This document shows positions 1 to 24,300 of a stretch of 64,000 nt of DNA, piece after piece. Below the pieces are notes generated by a model. That model was not told the DNA's origin. It ran no database searches and saw only the letters and a program-made list of their open reading frames with translations. The translations under genes and the position numbers were made by a program. Source of the DNA: Hormiphora californensis (Eukaryota; Animalia; Ctenophora); assembly GCA_020137815.1 (NCBI GenBank), contig CM035359.1, positions 1,116,001-1,180,000 of the forward strand. Direction: 5' to 3'. Position 1 is the first letter of the stretch; each line of letters begins with the position of its first letter.

Positions 1-526
1 ACATTGCTCTTCCTTCGCAGAAGTAGATCCACGTGCTGTAATAACTTCCTGACAAGTCCAACCCTTTCCCATTTCCATGTTCTCTCTCTCTCTGATCTCT
101 GACTCTCTCTCTATCTCTCTCTCTCCGTCCCTCCCTCACCTCTCTTCTCGTATCTCTATATCCCTCTATATCTCTCTTTTCTCTCTTTAGAGTTAGACTT
201 AGAGACAGGGACCTGGCGCAGATTTACAAATTTTGAAAACTCGATTTTAAACACGACTGATCGTGATACGCGGTGTCATTCTGCCGTTTCTATTTTTGAA
301 AATCTAAGCTCATCAATAGTTTTCTACACCTTGCAAAATAGTAACTAACTCTTATTTTCATCTTGATAGAACGTGAGTCGTTAAAATTGTTATTTGATTA
401 GTATAGGCTCACCCAGCTTGTCCAACTTACCCCATCAAAAAATGTGTGTTCCCTTTCTCCATGTCTCTCTCCGTCCCCCTCCCCTCTCTCTCTCTCTCTT
501 TTTCTTTTTCTCTCTCTCTCTCTCCA

Positions 527-562
<36 letters not shown>

Positions 563-861
563 TCTCTCTCCAGGTGTTTCAAAGACCCATCTTTCTCTCA
601 CCCACAAAGTTCTGTGTGGTGAGACTAGGCTAAAATGTAGGTTGTGATGATGGTGGTCAGATGTTCCCCAATTGCCATGGTAACTCGTGATAATGGAACG
701 CGGTCATGACAACATGATCATCTGATCACTATATTTTGATGAAATTACCTATGGTCAGTTTTAGGAACTTCTTGTGGAAATTCCACAAGAATTTAGTGAC
801 ACATTTTGAGATTTGATCATTTGAGAGTCCTAGTAATACTACTATTATTATTAGTAGTATG

Positions 862-970
862 TAGAAACCGACCGAATCAAGAAATACTGTTCCCTGATTG
901 GCTGATAACCAGTCACGTGACCTAAATAACGAGTTCTGATTGGTTGTTTACTTGTTTCGGTCGGTTCCTG
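862..970. mobile_element. 109-bp hAT-like MITE (family A), copy 1
   Basis: TIR (c/t)ag(g/a)aaccgaccga...tcggtcggttcctg; 8-bp TSD gtagtatg. Confidence 0.88.
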
Positions 971-1196
971 GTAGTATGATATTGTAGTTTTCAAGAGTTC
1001 AGTATCTGTAAGAAACAAAAGAGATGGGTGGTTAGATTATTACCTACTAAACTGAACACATCCCACTGAACACACTGAATACTTCCCCTAAAGTATCGGG
1101 TACATGATAGTTGTGTGTGTGTATGGGGCATATTTAGAGCTCCTGTGCCCCGCATGGAATAAGGCGAGTAGACTTAGAGTCTTAAAACTACCCCAA

Positions 1197-1260
<64 letters not shown>

Positions 1261-1622
1261 GTCTATATCCATCTACCTTTCGCCTCCAAGCCCTATTTTG
1301 CCATGTGGTGTCTATTCTAAATATTGACCCCTTAGATACAAATGTGTGTATGTTTCTAAACGCCATTTCGTCGCAATGAATAACTCATAGCTAACCAAAT
1401 GAGCATTTGCCTGGCTAGACTGTGTTTCGGGTGCAAATGTAAAGGGAGGGTTAGAACATAACAAATGAGCATTGAGCTCGCTGTATTCTGTCTCCAAGGA
1501 TACTTCTGTAATCTGTACCCACAGTTATTTTATCATTTATTTTATATTTATTATCATATTTTATTTTATGTTTATGTTTTGTCTGAAACATCCGGCACGA
1601 AGATCTTTATTTGAAAGTGTTT

Positions 1623-2190
1623 CCCCATCTCTCTCCCATCTGTCTCTCCCATCTGTCTCTCCCATCTGTCTCTCCCATCTCTCTCTCTCTCTCCCATCTC
1701 TCTCTCCCATCTCTCCCTCTCCCATCTCTCTCTCTCTCCCATCTCTCTCTCCCATCTCTCCCTCTCCCATCTCTCTCTCCATCTCTCTCTCGCATCTCTC
1801 CCTCTCCCATCTCTCTCTCTCCCATCTCTCTCTCCCATCTCTCTCTCTCTCCCATCTCTCTCTCTCCCATCTCTCTCTCTCCCATCTCTCCCTCTCCCAT
1901 CTCACTCTCTCCCATCTCTCTCTCCCATGTCTCCCTCTCCCATCTCTCTCTCCATCTCTCTCTCGCATCTCTCCCTCTCCCATCTCTCCCTCTCCACCCC
2001 AATCTGTCCCTCTCCACCCCCATCTCCCTCTCCACCCTATCTCTCCCTCTCCACCCCCATCTCTCCCTCTCCACCCCCATCTCTCCCTCTCCACCCCCAT
2101 CTCTCCCTCTCCACCCCCATCTCCCTCTCCACCCCATCTCCCTCTCCACCCCCATCTCTCCCATCTCTCCCTCTCCACCCCCATCTCTCG
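1623..2190. repeat. Polypyrimidine minisatellite (CCCATCTCTCT / CCCTCTCCACC variants)
   Basis: Directly visible low-complexity repeat that produces spurious ORFs. Confidence 0.9.
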
Positions 2191-2369
2191 GCGTGTGTAT
2201 AACTGTGTACCCTACCGACCAGTCTGTGGGCCTGTGTGTTTTTCACCTCTCTCAGATCTCCTGTCAACACCATGACCTCCTCTCCTCCACAGATAAGAGG
2301 AAGATGTCACGTGATCTGGGTCATGTGTGGTCCTGATCCTGGCACATTTCCCACGACCCTGGGGAGAGA

Positions 2370-2427
<58 letters not shown>

Positions 2428-3863
2428 GTCGCTGGTATATGTGACACCAATCGATTGCCAAAAATCCTTTGCAGTGTCCTTATCCTTTGTACACAAAGTT
2501 GCCAATCGTAGATAAACTAACACCAAAGGGCAAAGAGAGTTATAGAGATATACTGATAGAAAGAGAAATAGAGAGAGAATTTAAAGTAAGAACCGGCCGG
2601 GAGTTTAAGAGACTTTCGCGCTTTTCAAGAAAAGCACTTTTTTGGTCATGTGCCCATGTGGGACTCAAAGTAGACGCAGTCCTAAACACCTCTCCCGTTC
2701 CTATATCTGTCACCCCCCACCTCATCATGTGAACCCTGTCAGGCACAGATATAGGAACGATGAAGACATGAAAAAAAAAAAAAAAAAAAAAAAACACCTC
2801 TCCCGTAGAGTTGCTGTGTGTGAGAGTGTGTCATCGCCCCGAGATTTTGGTCCGTCACCTATAAATGGGGAACTGGGAGAGAGAGAGAGAGAGATAGAGT
2901 GAGATAGACTAAGATATAGAGTGAGAGATAGAGTGAGGGGGCGAGGGAGAGAGAAATAACGATGAGTCAGTAAAAAGTAGAGAGGATATTTAACTGTTAG
3001 AACTCAAGACGCAGTTTGCCCAATGTATAGTCTGATATACAATCGACTATAGCTTCTTTTTACTCTCCTTCACTCCTCTTTCATCTCTTTTTCCTACCAC
3101 CCTCTCGACCTACGGGTTCATTTGCGTCCTGTCTCGTCGTTAGTTGTAAAGTATAATATTCGTTTGCGTCTAAACAGTTGGGGGGGGCCGACAAGCAATT
3201 GTTATATTGTGTGTGTCGGGAGTCATTCGCCACAAGAGTGTCCCTTTCTCTATTCCCCACTTTTCTCTCTGGGTCTCCCCCTTACTTTTTTTCTGGGCCC
3301 CTTTTTAAATTTCCTTTTTTGACCTCCCCTTTAAAAAAACAAGCCCTATAGTATCTCACCTACTTAAAATTTTTGTTTAAATTGTGTCATGTTTTCCTTA
3401 TTTTTGTAGACAATGGTTCAAACCCCCCCCCCCCGTCGATTTAAGTTGTCACTTATTTCCCGAATAGAAGTTTTGGGAAAAGGTCATATCCAATAGCGAA
3501 CATTAAATTTCTTACGTTTTGTTGGCGATCTGAATTTGTCCGTTCATCTGAATTTGTCCGTCTATTTGAATTTTTCAGGCCATTTGAATTTTTCAGGCCA
3601 TTTGAATTTGTCATGCGATTTGAATTTGATATCTTAGAGAGGATATCCTCTCTTTCGGCCGTGTTTCGAATATTTCTAACTAACTTTACCTCCCTTTTTG
3701 AACTCATCGTCCCTTCGTGGTTTTTGAGACCTTTCTAGTTGAATGAGAATATGGAAAGGAGGGAATGAGGGGGAGAAAGGGGGGGGAGAGAGGAGAAAAG
3801 AGGAGGGGGGAGGAAGGAAAAAGAGGAGAGAAGAGAGGAGAGAGAGAGAGACGAGAGAGAGAG

Positions 3864-3923
<60 letters not shown>

Positions 3924-4116
3924 AGTGAAACCACCAGTTCCAGTATGTCCATCTAGTTACACTATGTTTGGTGATAGGAAACTCCGTTGGCATCAAGGAA
4001 TATTTATGGTGTATGGTCTCTTTGATCTTTTCGGTTTATCTGTCTGACGTTATTTTACCATATGTTTTGGGTGTCCGATGTTACCACATTCTTATTATTT
4101 CAACAAGCACGGACCA

Positions 4117-4191
<75 letters not shown>

Positions 4192-4557
4192 ACTCTCTCT
4201 GTTTATGACTTTTAGCTGCGATCTCTCAAATTTCGTCAGCCAAGCCCCGTTTTGCTCAACTTTCAAGTGATTCGACTCCCCACCCACTATCGCACTTCAA
4301 AGCTATACCAAGGATCTTATATATCTCCCTCCACTAATCTACTAATCGCGTGGGTAGCTCGCTCGTTACTGCGACTCAATTGTAACTTATATAATTCAAT
4401 TTTAGGATCAGGGTAGTAGTTAATATTTGTAAGAGCCTGAATGGTAGAATTTAGTTGGTATACGAACACATTATTGGACCATGTTACATTGTATTGGTAG
4501 ATGGTGGGACATGAGTAGCATTAACCAGATGTTTCTATTTGACTAACTTATGCTCTC

Positions 4558-4653
<96 letters not shown>

Positions 4654-4663
4654 CTCTCTGTCC

Positions 4664-4747
<84 letters not shown>

Positions 4748-4977
4748 CCTATCCCATGTGTCTATCTTTATTCTTTGATTGTATTGAAACTTTAGCCCTG
4801 TTCACCATCTCTCTCTCATTACTTGATGGTGTCTCGTCAATGGATACTAGGTGCATTTCTATCACGCTATCTTTCTCTTTCTTTCTCGTCATCGCCTTGA
4901 TTTAATTTGTTTACGAGCTTAAAATTGTACTGAATTTTAAAAAAAAACTACCCTTCACAAATCATTCTCCTAGTGTT

Positions 4978-15146
<10,169 letters not shown>

Positions 15147-15298
15147 GAGAAAGGGAGAGATATATATATTGATGTCAGTTGTGCGCTGACACCGATCTTC
15201 TCCGAGCGAACGTGGTCGGCAACATCGCACTGACAGAGATATTGAGCTCGAGTCTCGAAAAAGTGATGACAATGTATTTGTGTCTGTGATCCAGAGCT

Positions 15299-15485
<187 letters not shown>

Positions 15486-15923
15486 ACCGAAAGACTGATA
15501 GAGAGAAAAGGAGAGCGAGAGAGTGTGTTGTTATTTCAGAGTCATAATTTGAATTTGGGGAGCAGCTTCTACGGATCCTGTCTGACGCCGCCGACCCTAT
15601 CTGAGCGCAATTTGTGAATCAAATTGGGGCGATAGTACAGGCCTTAGGTCTCATACTACATTGAGCATTGTGGATTGAAGCTTAGTGAAGCAGGCAGTGA
15701 TAGGAATTGAATTCCCATCACTGCCTGTGATTCCCGGAATTGTTCAGGAGTGATATCAGTGTTTGTGTGTGTGTTTGTGTGACTGTGTGTAAGTTTCTGG
15801 CAATATTGTCAAAGATTCAGACAGTTTTGCAGTGCTCCTTGGACACCATGTTTGTGACGCTTTCTCAGGGCGAGAAAGGGAAAGAGAGAATCAGAGACTC
15901 TCCGGACTCCGAAGTGTGTAGAT

Positions 15924-16032
15924 CAGGAACAGACCGACACAAGTAAACAACCAATCAGAACTCGTTATTTAGGTCACGTGACTGGTCATCAGCCAATCAG
16001 CGACCAGTATTTCCTGATTCGGTCGGTTCCTG
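15924..16032. mobile_element. MITE family A copy
   Basis: Same sequence in reverse orientation; 8-bp TSD gtgtagat. Confidence 0.9.
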
Positions 16033-16999
16033 GTGTAGATTAAAGCATGCTCGCCTAGTGTTTTTTAGAGCACCCCTTCCTTTCGACATATATAATTATT
16101 ATAGAATTCTAGAGATTTATCTTGTACAAACACTAGTTTGACCAGATTTATTATAAAAACTGACTTGACTGCAGAGAGAACTTGACTACTACGGATATAC
16201 GTTTAGGAAATTTGTATTTTTTGTAAGACTGTTAGGTGCTTATATTCAATACTAAATCGACGCTAAAATTCAAAGGTTTATACAAGCTGCCCTACCCGGG
16301 TCTTGTGCAGTAGTGTTGCGTGAGGACCCACGCGTGAGCAATGAAGCTGACGCGTGAGATAAGAAAGGCATGCGATTGAGAGAGAGAAAGCGCAATGTAA
16401 GAACAGTGTTTGTTTTAACTTTGCCATTTATTTATTTTGATATTTAATTCTTAACTAAACTTTGAAAATATTTCCTTTGTTCAAAACTTCAATTTGGTGC
16501 TCGGCCCAAAATTACAGCATGGGTAAACATCCGGCATGACATGAAGCAATAAACTATACAATATATGCATGATACAGCCCTATTCTTTAAAACACATTTG
16601 CCGGGCACCAACTTCCCCAGCCCCTCGCTCCGCTCGCAGGAAGCGAAGCGCACGAAAGAGGGTCAGCGAGTTACCTGACACAGTGATTGTGCCAGTGGTA
16701 CCCGTTATACTGGTGCAGCTTTGCCAATGAAAGTGTTTTCCAAATCTGCCAGGCATCGCGCTGATCCTTAGCAAGGCTGTGACTGTGAGTCACAGCCTTG
16801 CCTGGAGTGTCGACCTGAGGGTTTTAGAGTCACAGCCTAGCCTGTGACTCTAAAAACCCTCCGGTCGATTTAAAAAAATAACGAATCCTGCTCGCCCTAC
16901 GGGCCCACGGGCTACTTAATCCACTCGGGCTGCACCCTCGGTGGATTGAGTGATGATGTATGGTACTAGTGCATGGTGCTATCCCCCATTCTCATCCAG

Positions 17000-17491
17000 A
17001 TAACGATGACGGTATATACAACGCCTCGCTCTACTCGGACAAGACTTATTCGATGAGGAAGGTTGATCTATACCCCGAGGTCAAGAAAATGTCATTCAAT
17101 GAAGATGAGGTGAGAAAACAGACCAAATATCTCCCTCTCCATTGAGAGTCAGCAACTCCCTCTTAATATGTCTGGCGGCGCCAGACCCCGATATTGCGCT
17201 AAGATGGGGTAGGCGGCGCCATACAGCTCTCGATTCATTTGACTAAAAGCTGTCAGAGCATTGGCCTGACCCATTCTCGTTTCTCTCGCGAGAATTGTGG
17301 TCAGAGCATTGGCCTGACAGACTAAAAGTCAACAACTCCCTCTCTCGTTTCAGTTTGACAACAAGTAACAACTCCCTCTCTCGTTTCAGTTTGACCGAAG
17401 TAACGTGGTTGTGTTCAACCAAAACTCTGAGTTCGATGACAGGATGTTCACTCTTAACACCGCCGTATTCAAGGATCCTGACGTAGTGTGA
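17000..17491 (+). CDS. Putative alternative cytoplasmic-tail exons of the Ig receptor (17000-17109 and 17390-17491)
   Basis: Phase-1 acceptor (ctcatccag|AT) matches the phase-1 donor after ..EQAT at ~13554. The exons read DNDDGIYNASLYSDKTYSMRKVDLYPEVKKMSFNEDE|FDRSNVVVFNQNSEFDDRMFTLNTAVFKDPDVV* with canonical GT/AG sites and a consistent frame. Confidence 0.6.
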
Positions 17492-17974
17492 TGTGACGTC
17501 ACCGTTTGATGACGTCATAATGGTGATGAAGTCACGCATCAAGGATATAAATTCTCATAATAACAGCTCACCCCAGCCTGCAAATTCACTGTCCACACGT
17601 TCCCGATATACATTGACCCGCAGGCCGAAGAATTCGAGAGAGACTTGAAAAGATTTAGTGAGACAGAATATCAGAGAGTTCTGTATGAACAATACAAAGA
17701 GTTCTTATCTTCCTCCTGTACAGTTTGTTTAGTAGCCACCCTAACAATTTCTTAGTCATTTCCTAAATTGGCTGGTCTTCCATATATAACACACCTGCCC
17801 TAAACGACTAAATTTCAGCGAAAAAATTATTGTCGAACTCAATTCGGCACAGAATTGTTGTCGAGTTTACTCTTGTTGAGTAACCGGAACCCCTAATACT
17901 CAACAAGTTCAGTGTTCACTCTGGAACCTTTTCCTTTTCACTCAGAGAGAGTTGAAGAAGGGTCGGGTACAAAC

Positions 17975-18083
17975 CAGGAACCGACCGAATCAGGAAATAC
18001 TGGTCCCTGATTGGCTGATAACCAGTCACGTGACCAAAATAACGAGTTCTGATTGGTTGTTTACTTGTTTCGATCGGTTCCTG
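17975..18083. mobile_element. MITE family A copy
   Basis: Same element; TSD gtacaaac/atacaaac (1 mismatch). Confidence 0.88.
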
Positions 18084-18358
18084 ATACAAACCGATATTTG
18101 GGATTTGAAAAGGTTGCGGGCAGGTGTGTGTATTTTGTTGAATATTATAACAAAAATATAACCATGATCAAACTATGGGAATACGTGTACAAAAACACTC
18201 ATTAGCATCCAAAATAACTTAACACCAAGAGAAAAAGAGTGTGACAGAAAGTCCTTGAAATGTATCACCCTCTCTCTCTATCTTCTTATTGTCTCTGTGA
18301 GTCACGGGAGTTCCAGGAAATCAACAATTAGATTTCCCCAACATTATGTAGAACAGAA

Positions 18359-21300
18359 TCATCGGTCAACTTCACCAAATACAAGATCCATAGTTCCTGA
18401 AAAAGGGTGCAGGGGTGTTAGAAAGCGGGAAAGTCGAACTGAAACGGCTCATTTTTGTCAGGACCTCTATTATCTAACAAACTATACTGCTTAGTGATCA
18501 CTGATCACTGTTTTAACCAATACCAATAACGACAACAATCTATCTTGAAAACCTAATTCATCTTACCAATAACGACAACAATCTATCTAGAAAACCTAAT
18601 TTATCTTACCAATATTGACAACAATCTATCGTGAAAACCTAATTAATTTTACCAATAACGACAACAATCTATCTTGAAAACCCAATTCTTACCAATGATA
18701 GCTACGATGTCAGCAATAAAGAATCCTCTCGCGAGATCCTTCATTGAAGCAAGGTGGTAGAAACCTGGTGCCCTTATCTTACATCTGTAGGGTTTACTGC
18801 TGCCATCACTGACAAGATACACTCCAAACTCTCCCTAGGATATGAAATAGTTAGGTTTGGGGAATCTTCTTACTGCTGCCATCACTGACAAGATACACTC
18901 CAAACTCTCCCTAGGATATGAAATAGTTAGGTTTGGGGAGTCTTCTTACTGCTGCCATCACTGACAAGATACACTCCAAACTCTCCCTAGGATATGAAAT
19001 AGTTAGGTTTGGGGAGTCTTCTTACTGCTGCCATCACTGACAAGATACACTCCAAACTCTCCCTAGGATATGAAATAGTTAGGTTTGGGGAGTCTTCTTA
19101 CTGCTGCCATCACTGACAAGATACACTCCAAACTCTCCCTAGGATATGAAATAGTTAGGTTTGGGGAAGTCTTCTTACTGCTGCCATCACTGACAAGATA
19201 CACTCCAAACTCTCCCTAGGATATGAAATAGTTAGGTTTGGGGAATCTTCTTACTGCTGCCATCACTGACAAGATACACTCCAAACTCTCCCTAGGATAT
19301 GAAATAGTTAGGTTTGGGGAGTCTTCTTACTGCTGCCATCACTGACAAGATACACTCCAAACTCTCCCTAGGATATGAAATAGTTAGGTTTGGGGAGTCT
19401 TCTTACTGCTGCCATCACTGACAAGATACACTCCAAACTCTCCCTAGGATATGAAATAGTTAGGTTTGGGGAGTCTTCTTACTACTGCCATCACTGACAA
19501 GATACACTCCAAACTCTCCCTAGGATATGAAATAGTTAGGTTTGGGGAATCTTCTTACTGCTGCCATCACTGACAAGATACACTCCAAACTCTCCCTAGG
19601 ATATGAAATAGTTAGGTTTGGGGAGTCTTCTTACTGCTGCCATCACTGACAAGATACACTCCAAACTCTCCCTAGGATATGAAATAGTTAGGTTTGGGGA
19701 GTCTTCTTACTGCTGCCATCACTGACAAGATACACTCCAAACTCTCCCTAGGATATGAAATAGTTAGGTTTGGGGAGTCTTCTTACTGCTGCCATCACTG
19801 ACAAGATACACTCCAAACTCTCCCTAGGATATGAAATAGTTAGGTTTGGGGAGTCTTCTTACTGCTGCCATCACTGACAAGATACACTCCAAACTCTCCC
19901 TAGGATATGAAATAGTTAGGTTTGGGGAATCTTCTTACTGCTGCCATCACTGACAAGATACACTCCAAACTCTCCCTAGGATATGAAATAGTTAGGTTTG
20001 GGGAGTCTTCTTACTGCTGCCATCACTGACAAGATACACTCCAAACTCTCCCTAGGATATGAAATAGTTAGGTTTGGGGAGTCTTCTTACTGCTGCCATC
20101 ACTGACAAGATACACTCCAAACTCTCCCTAGGATATGAAATAGTTAGGTTTGGGGAGTCTTCTTACTGCTGCCATCACTGACAAGATACACTCCAAACTC
20201 TCCCTAGGATATGAAATAGTTAGGTTTGGGGAGTCTTCTTACTGCTGCCATCACTGACAAGATACACTCCAAACTCTCCCTAGGATATGAAATAGTTAGG
20301 TTTGGGGAGTCTTCTTACTGCTGCCATCACTGACAAGATACACTCCAAACTCTCCCTAGGATATGAAATAGTTAGGTTTGGGGAGTCTTCTTACTGCTGC
20401 CATCACTGACAAGATACACTCCAAACTCTCCCTAGGATATGAAATAGTTAGGTTTGGGGAGTCTTCTTACTGCTGCCATCACTGACAAGATACACTCCAA
20501 ACTCTCCCTAGGATATGAAATAGTTAGGTTTGGGGAGTCTTCTTACTGCTGCCATCACTGACAAGATACACTCCAAACTCTCCCTAGGATATGAAATAGT
20601 TAGGTTTGGGGAGTCTTCTTACTGCTGCCATCACTGACAAGATACACTCCAAACTCTCCCTAGGATATGAAATAGTTAGGTTTGGGGAGTCTTCTTACTG
20701 CTGCCATCACTGACAAGATACACTCCAAACTCTCCCTAGGATATGAAATAGTTAGGTTTGGGGAGTCTTCTTACTGCTGCCATCACTGACAAGATACACT
20801 CCAAACTCTCCCTAGGATATGAAATAGTTAGGTTTGGGGAGTCTTCTTACTGCTGCCATCACTGACAAGATACACTCCAAACTCTCCCTAGGATATGAAA
20901 TAGTTAGGTTTGGGGAGTCTTCTTACTGCTGCCATCACTGACAAGATACACTCCAAACTCTCCCTAGGATATGAAATAGTTAGGTTTGGGGAGTCTTCTT
21001 ACTGCTGCCATCACTGACAAGATACACTCCAAACTCTCCCTAGGATATATGAAATAGTTAGGTTTGGGGAGTCTTCTTACTGCTGCCATCACTGACAAGA
21101 TACACTCCAAACTCTCCCTAGGATATGAAATAGTTAGGTTTGGGGAGTCTTCTTACTGCTGCCATCACTGACAAGATACACTCCAAACTCTCCCTAGGAT
21201 ATGAAATAGTTAGGTTTGGGGAGTCTTCTTACTGCTGCCATCACTGACAAGATACACTCCAAACTCTCCCTAGGATATGAAATAGTTAGGTTTGGGGAGT

Positions 21301-24300
21301 CTTCTTACTGCTGCCATCACTGACAAGATACACTCCAAACTCTCCCTAGGATATGAAATAGTTAGGTTTGGGGAGTCTTCTTACTGCTGCCATCACTGAC
21401 AAGATACACTCCAAACTCTCCCTAGGATATGAAATAGTTAGGTTTGGGGAGTCTTCTTACTGCTGCCATCACTGACAAGATACACTCCAAACTCTCCCTA
21501 GGATATGAAATAGTTAGGTTTGGGGAGTCTTCTTACTGCTGCCATCACTGACAAGATACACTCCAAACTCTCCCTAGGATATGAAATAGTTAGGTTTGGG
21601 GAGTCTTCTTACTGCTGCCATCACTGACAAGATACACTCCAAACTCTCCCTAGGATATGAAATAGTTAGGTTTGGGGAGTCTTCTTACTGCTGCCATCAC
21701 TGACAAGATACACTCCAAACTCTCCCTAGGATATGAAATAGTTAGGTTTGGGGAGTCTTCTTACTGCTGCCATCACTGACAAGATACACTCCAAACTCTC
21801 CCTAGGATATGAAATAGTTAGGTTTGGGGAGTCTTCTTACTGCTGCCATCACTGACAAGATACACTCCAAACTCTCCCTAGGATATGAAATAGTTAGGTT
21901 TGGGGAGTCTTCTTACTGCTGCCATCACTGACAAGATACACTCCAAACTCTCCCTAGGATATGAAATAGTTAGGTTTGGGGAGTCTTCTTACTGCTGCCA
22001 TCACTGACAAGATACACTCCAAACTCTCCCTAGGATATGAAATAGTTAGGTTTGGGGAGTCTTCTTACTGCTGCCATCACTGACAAGATACACTCCAAAC
22101 TCTCCCTAGGATATGAAATAGTTAGGTTTGGGGAGTCTTCTTACTGCTGCCATCACTGACAAGATACACTCCAAACTCTCCCTAGGATATGAAATAGTTA
22201 GGTTTGGGGAAGTCTTCTTACTGCTGCCATCACTGACAAGATACACTCCAAACTCTCCCTAGGATATGAAATAGTTAGGTTTGGGGAGTCTTCTTACTGC
22301 TGCCATCACTGACAAGATACACTCCAAACTCTCCCTAGGATATGAAATAGTTAGGTTTGGGGAGTCTTCTTACTGCTGCCATCACTGACAAGATACACTC
22401 CAAACTCTCCCTAGGATATGAAATAGTTAGGTTTGGGGAGTCTTCTTACTGCTGCCATCACTGACAAGATACACTCCAAACTCTCCCTAGGATATGAAAT
22501 AGTTAGGTTTGGGGAGTCTTCTTACTGCTGCCATCACTGACAAGATACACTCCAAACTCTCCCTAGGATATGAAATAGTTAGGTTTGGGGAGTCTTCTTA
22601 CTGCTGCCATCACTGACAAGATACACTCCAAACTCTCCCTAGGATATGAAATAGTTAGGTTTGGGGAGTCTTCTTACTGCTGCCATCACTGACAAGATAC
22701 ACTCCAAACTCTCCCTAGGATATATGAAATAGTTAGGTTTGGGGAGTCTTCTTACTGCTGCCATCACTGACAAGATACACTCCAAACTCTCCCTAGGATA
22801 TGAAATAGTTAGGTTTGGGGAATCTTCTTACTGCTGCCATCACTGACAAGATACACTCCAAACTCTCCCTAGGATATGAAATAGTTAGGTTTGGGGAGTC
22901 TTCTTACTGCTGCCATCACTGACAAGATACACTCCAAACTCTCCCTAGGATATGAAATAGTTAGGTTTGGGGAGTCTTCTTACTGCTGCCATCACTGACA
23001 AGATACACTCCAAACTCTCCCTAGGATATGAAATAGTTAGGTTTGGGGAGTCTTCTTACTGCTGCCATCACTGACAAGATACACTCCAAACTCTCCCTAG
23101 GATATATGAAATAGTTAGGTTTGGGGAGTCTTCTTACTGCTGCCATCACTGACAAGATACACTCCAAACTCTCCCTAGGATATGAAATAGTTAGGTTTGG
23201 GGAGTCTTCTTACTGCTGCCATCACTGACAAGATACACTCCAAACTCTCCCTAGGATATGAAATAGTTAGGTTTGGGGAGTCTTCTTACTGCTGCCATCA
23301 CTGACAAGATACACTCCAAACTCTCCCTAGGATATGAAATAGTTAGGTTTGGGGAATCTTCTTACTGCTGCCATCACTGACAAGATACACTCCAAACTCT
23401 CCCTAGGATATGAAATAGTTAGGTTTGGGGAAGTCTTCTTACTGCTGCCATCACTGACAAGATACACTCCAAACTCTCCCTAGGATATGAAATAGTTAGG
23501 TTTGGGGAGTCTTCTTACTGCTGCCATCACTGACAAGATACACTCCAAACTCTCCCTAGGATATGAAATAGTTAGGTTTGGGGAGTCTTCTTACTGCTGC
23601 CATCACTGACAAGATACACTCCAAACTCTCCCTAGGATATGAAATAGTTAGGTTTGGGGAATCTTCTTTGGTCTATTTGTTGTTCAACAAGTGTGAAGTA
23701 ACCGCGACAATGTGACTATATATAAATAACCCACAAATCACCAATATTTTAGTAACAGTAAGATCTATATGATTCAGTTTTAAGCTAAAAAATATGTCGA
23801 AAACCTGAGTATTGGCAGCCAAAATTTTGCCAATTTACCACAAAAATCTCAAAAATCTCAAACGTAATTGAGCAAATTTTCCCAAAAATCTCAAAAATCT
23901 CATCGGCCGAAAAGAGGGTAGCTGAGATTTTTGCGGCAGGCCCCCCCCCCTATATACCTTTGGTGCCTCGACTGCTGTGTAAGTGCTACCAGGTGGCACT
24001 TGGAATCCCTGTGTGAAAAGCTTGAAATGGTGGATCAATGCCTCCATACTATTCTTCATATCGTGTCGAGAGGGAGGTGTTATCTTGGAGTCATCCGTCT
24101 TGATATCTCCTTCAGGCATATCGTTCATACACTGAGAGAGAGGGTGGGGGTTAATCAACAGTAATTGGAAGGTGTTAGAGACGGGCATGCAGAGCACATT
24201 AGGGGTCTTTTTATGAATTATGTTCAGGATGTGATGTGGAATCTGTGTTTCAGAAGACAGGTAGGAGGAGAGGGGTGTGGGAGATTGGTACCTGGTGAAT

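Noticed and set aside
394-4795. ORFs rich in SL/ER/GE repeats (also at 15.3, 36.5, 40.7, 45.8, 52.2 and 61 kb)
   Set aside because: They are translations of (CT)n/(GA)n microsatellites and minisatellites.
18795-23667. CRISPR-like array
   Set aside because: The units are contiguous and near-identical with no unique spacers, the context is eukaryotic, and the unit derives from the NDUFS2 intron-exon junction.
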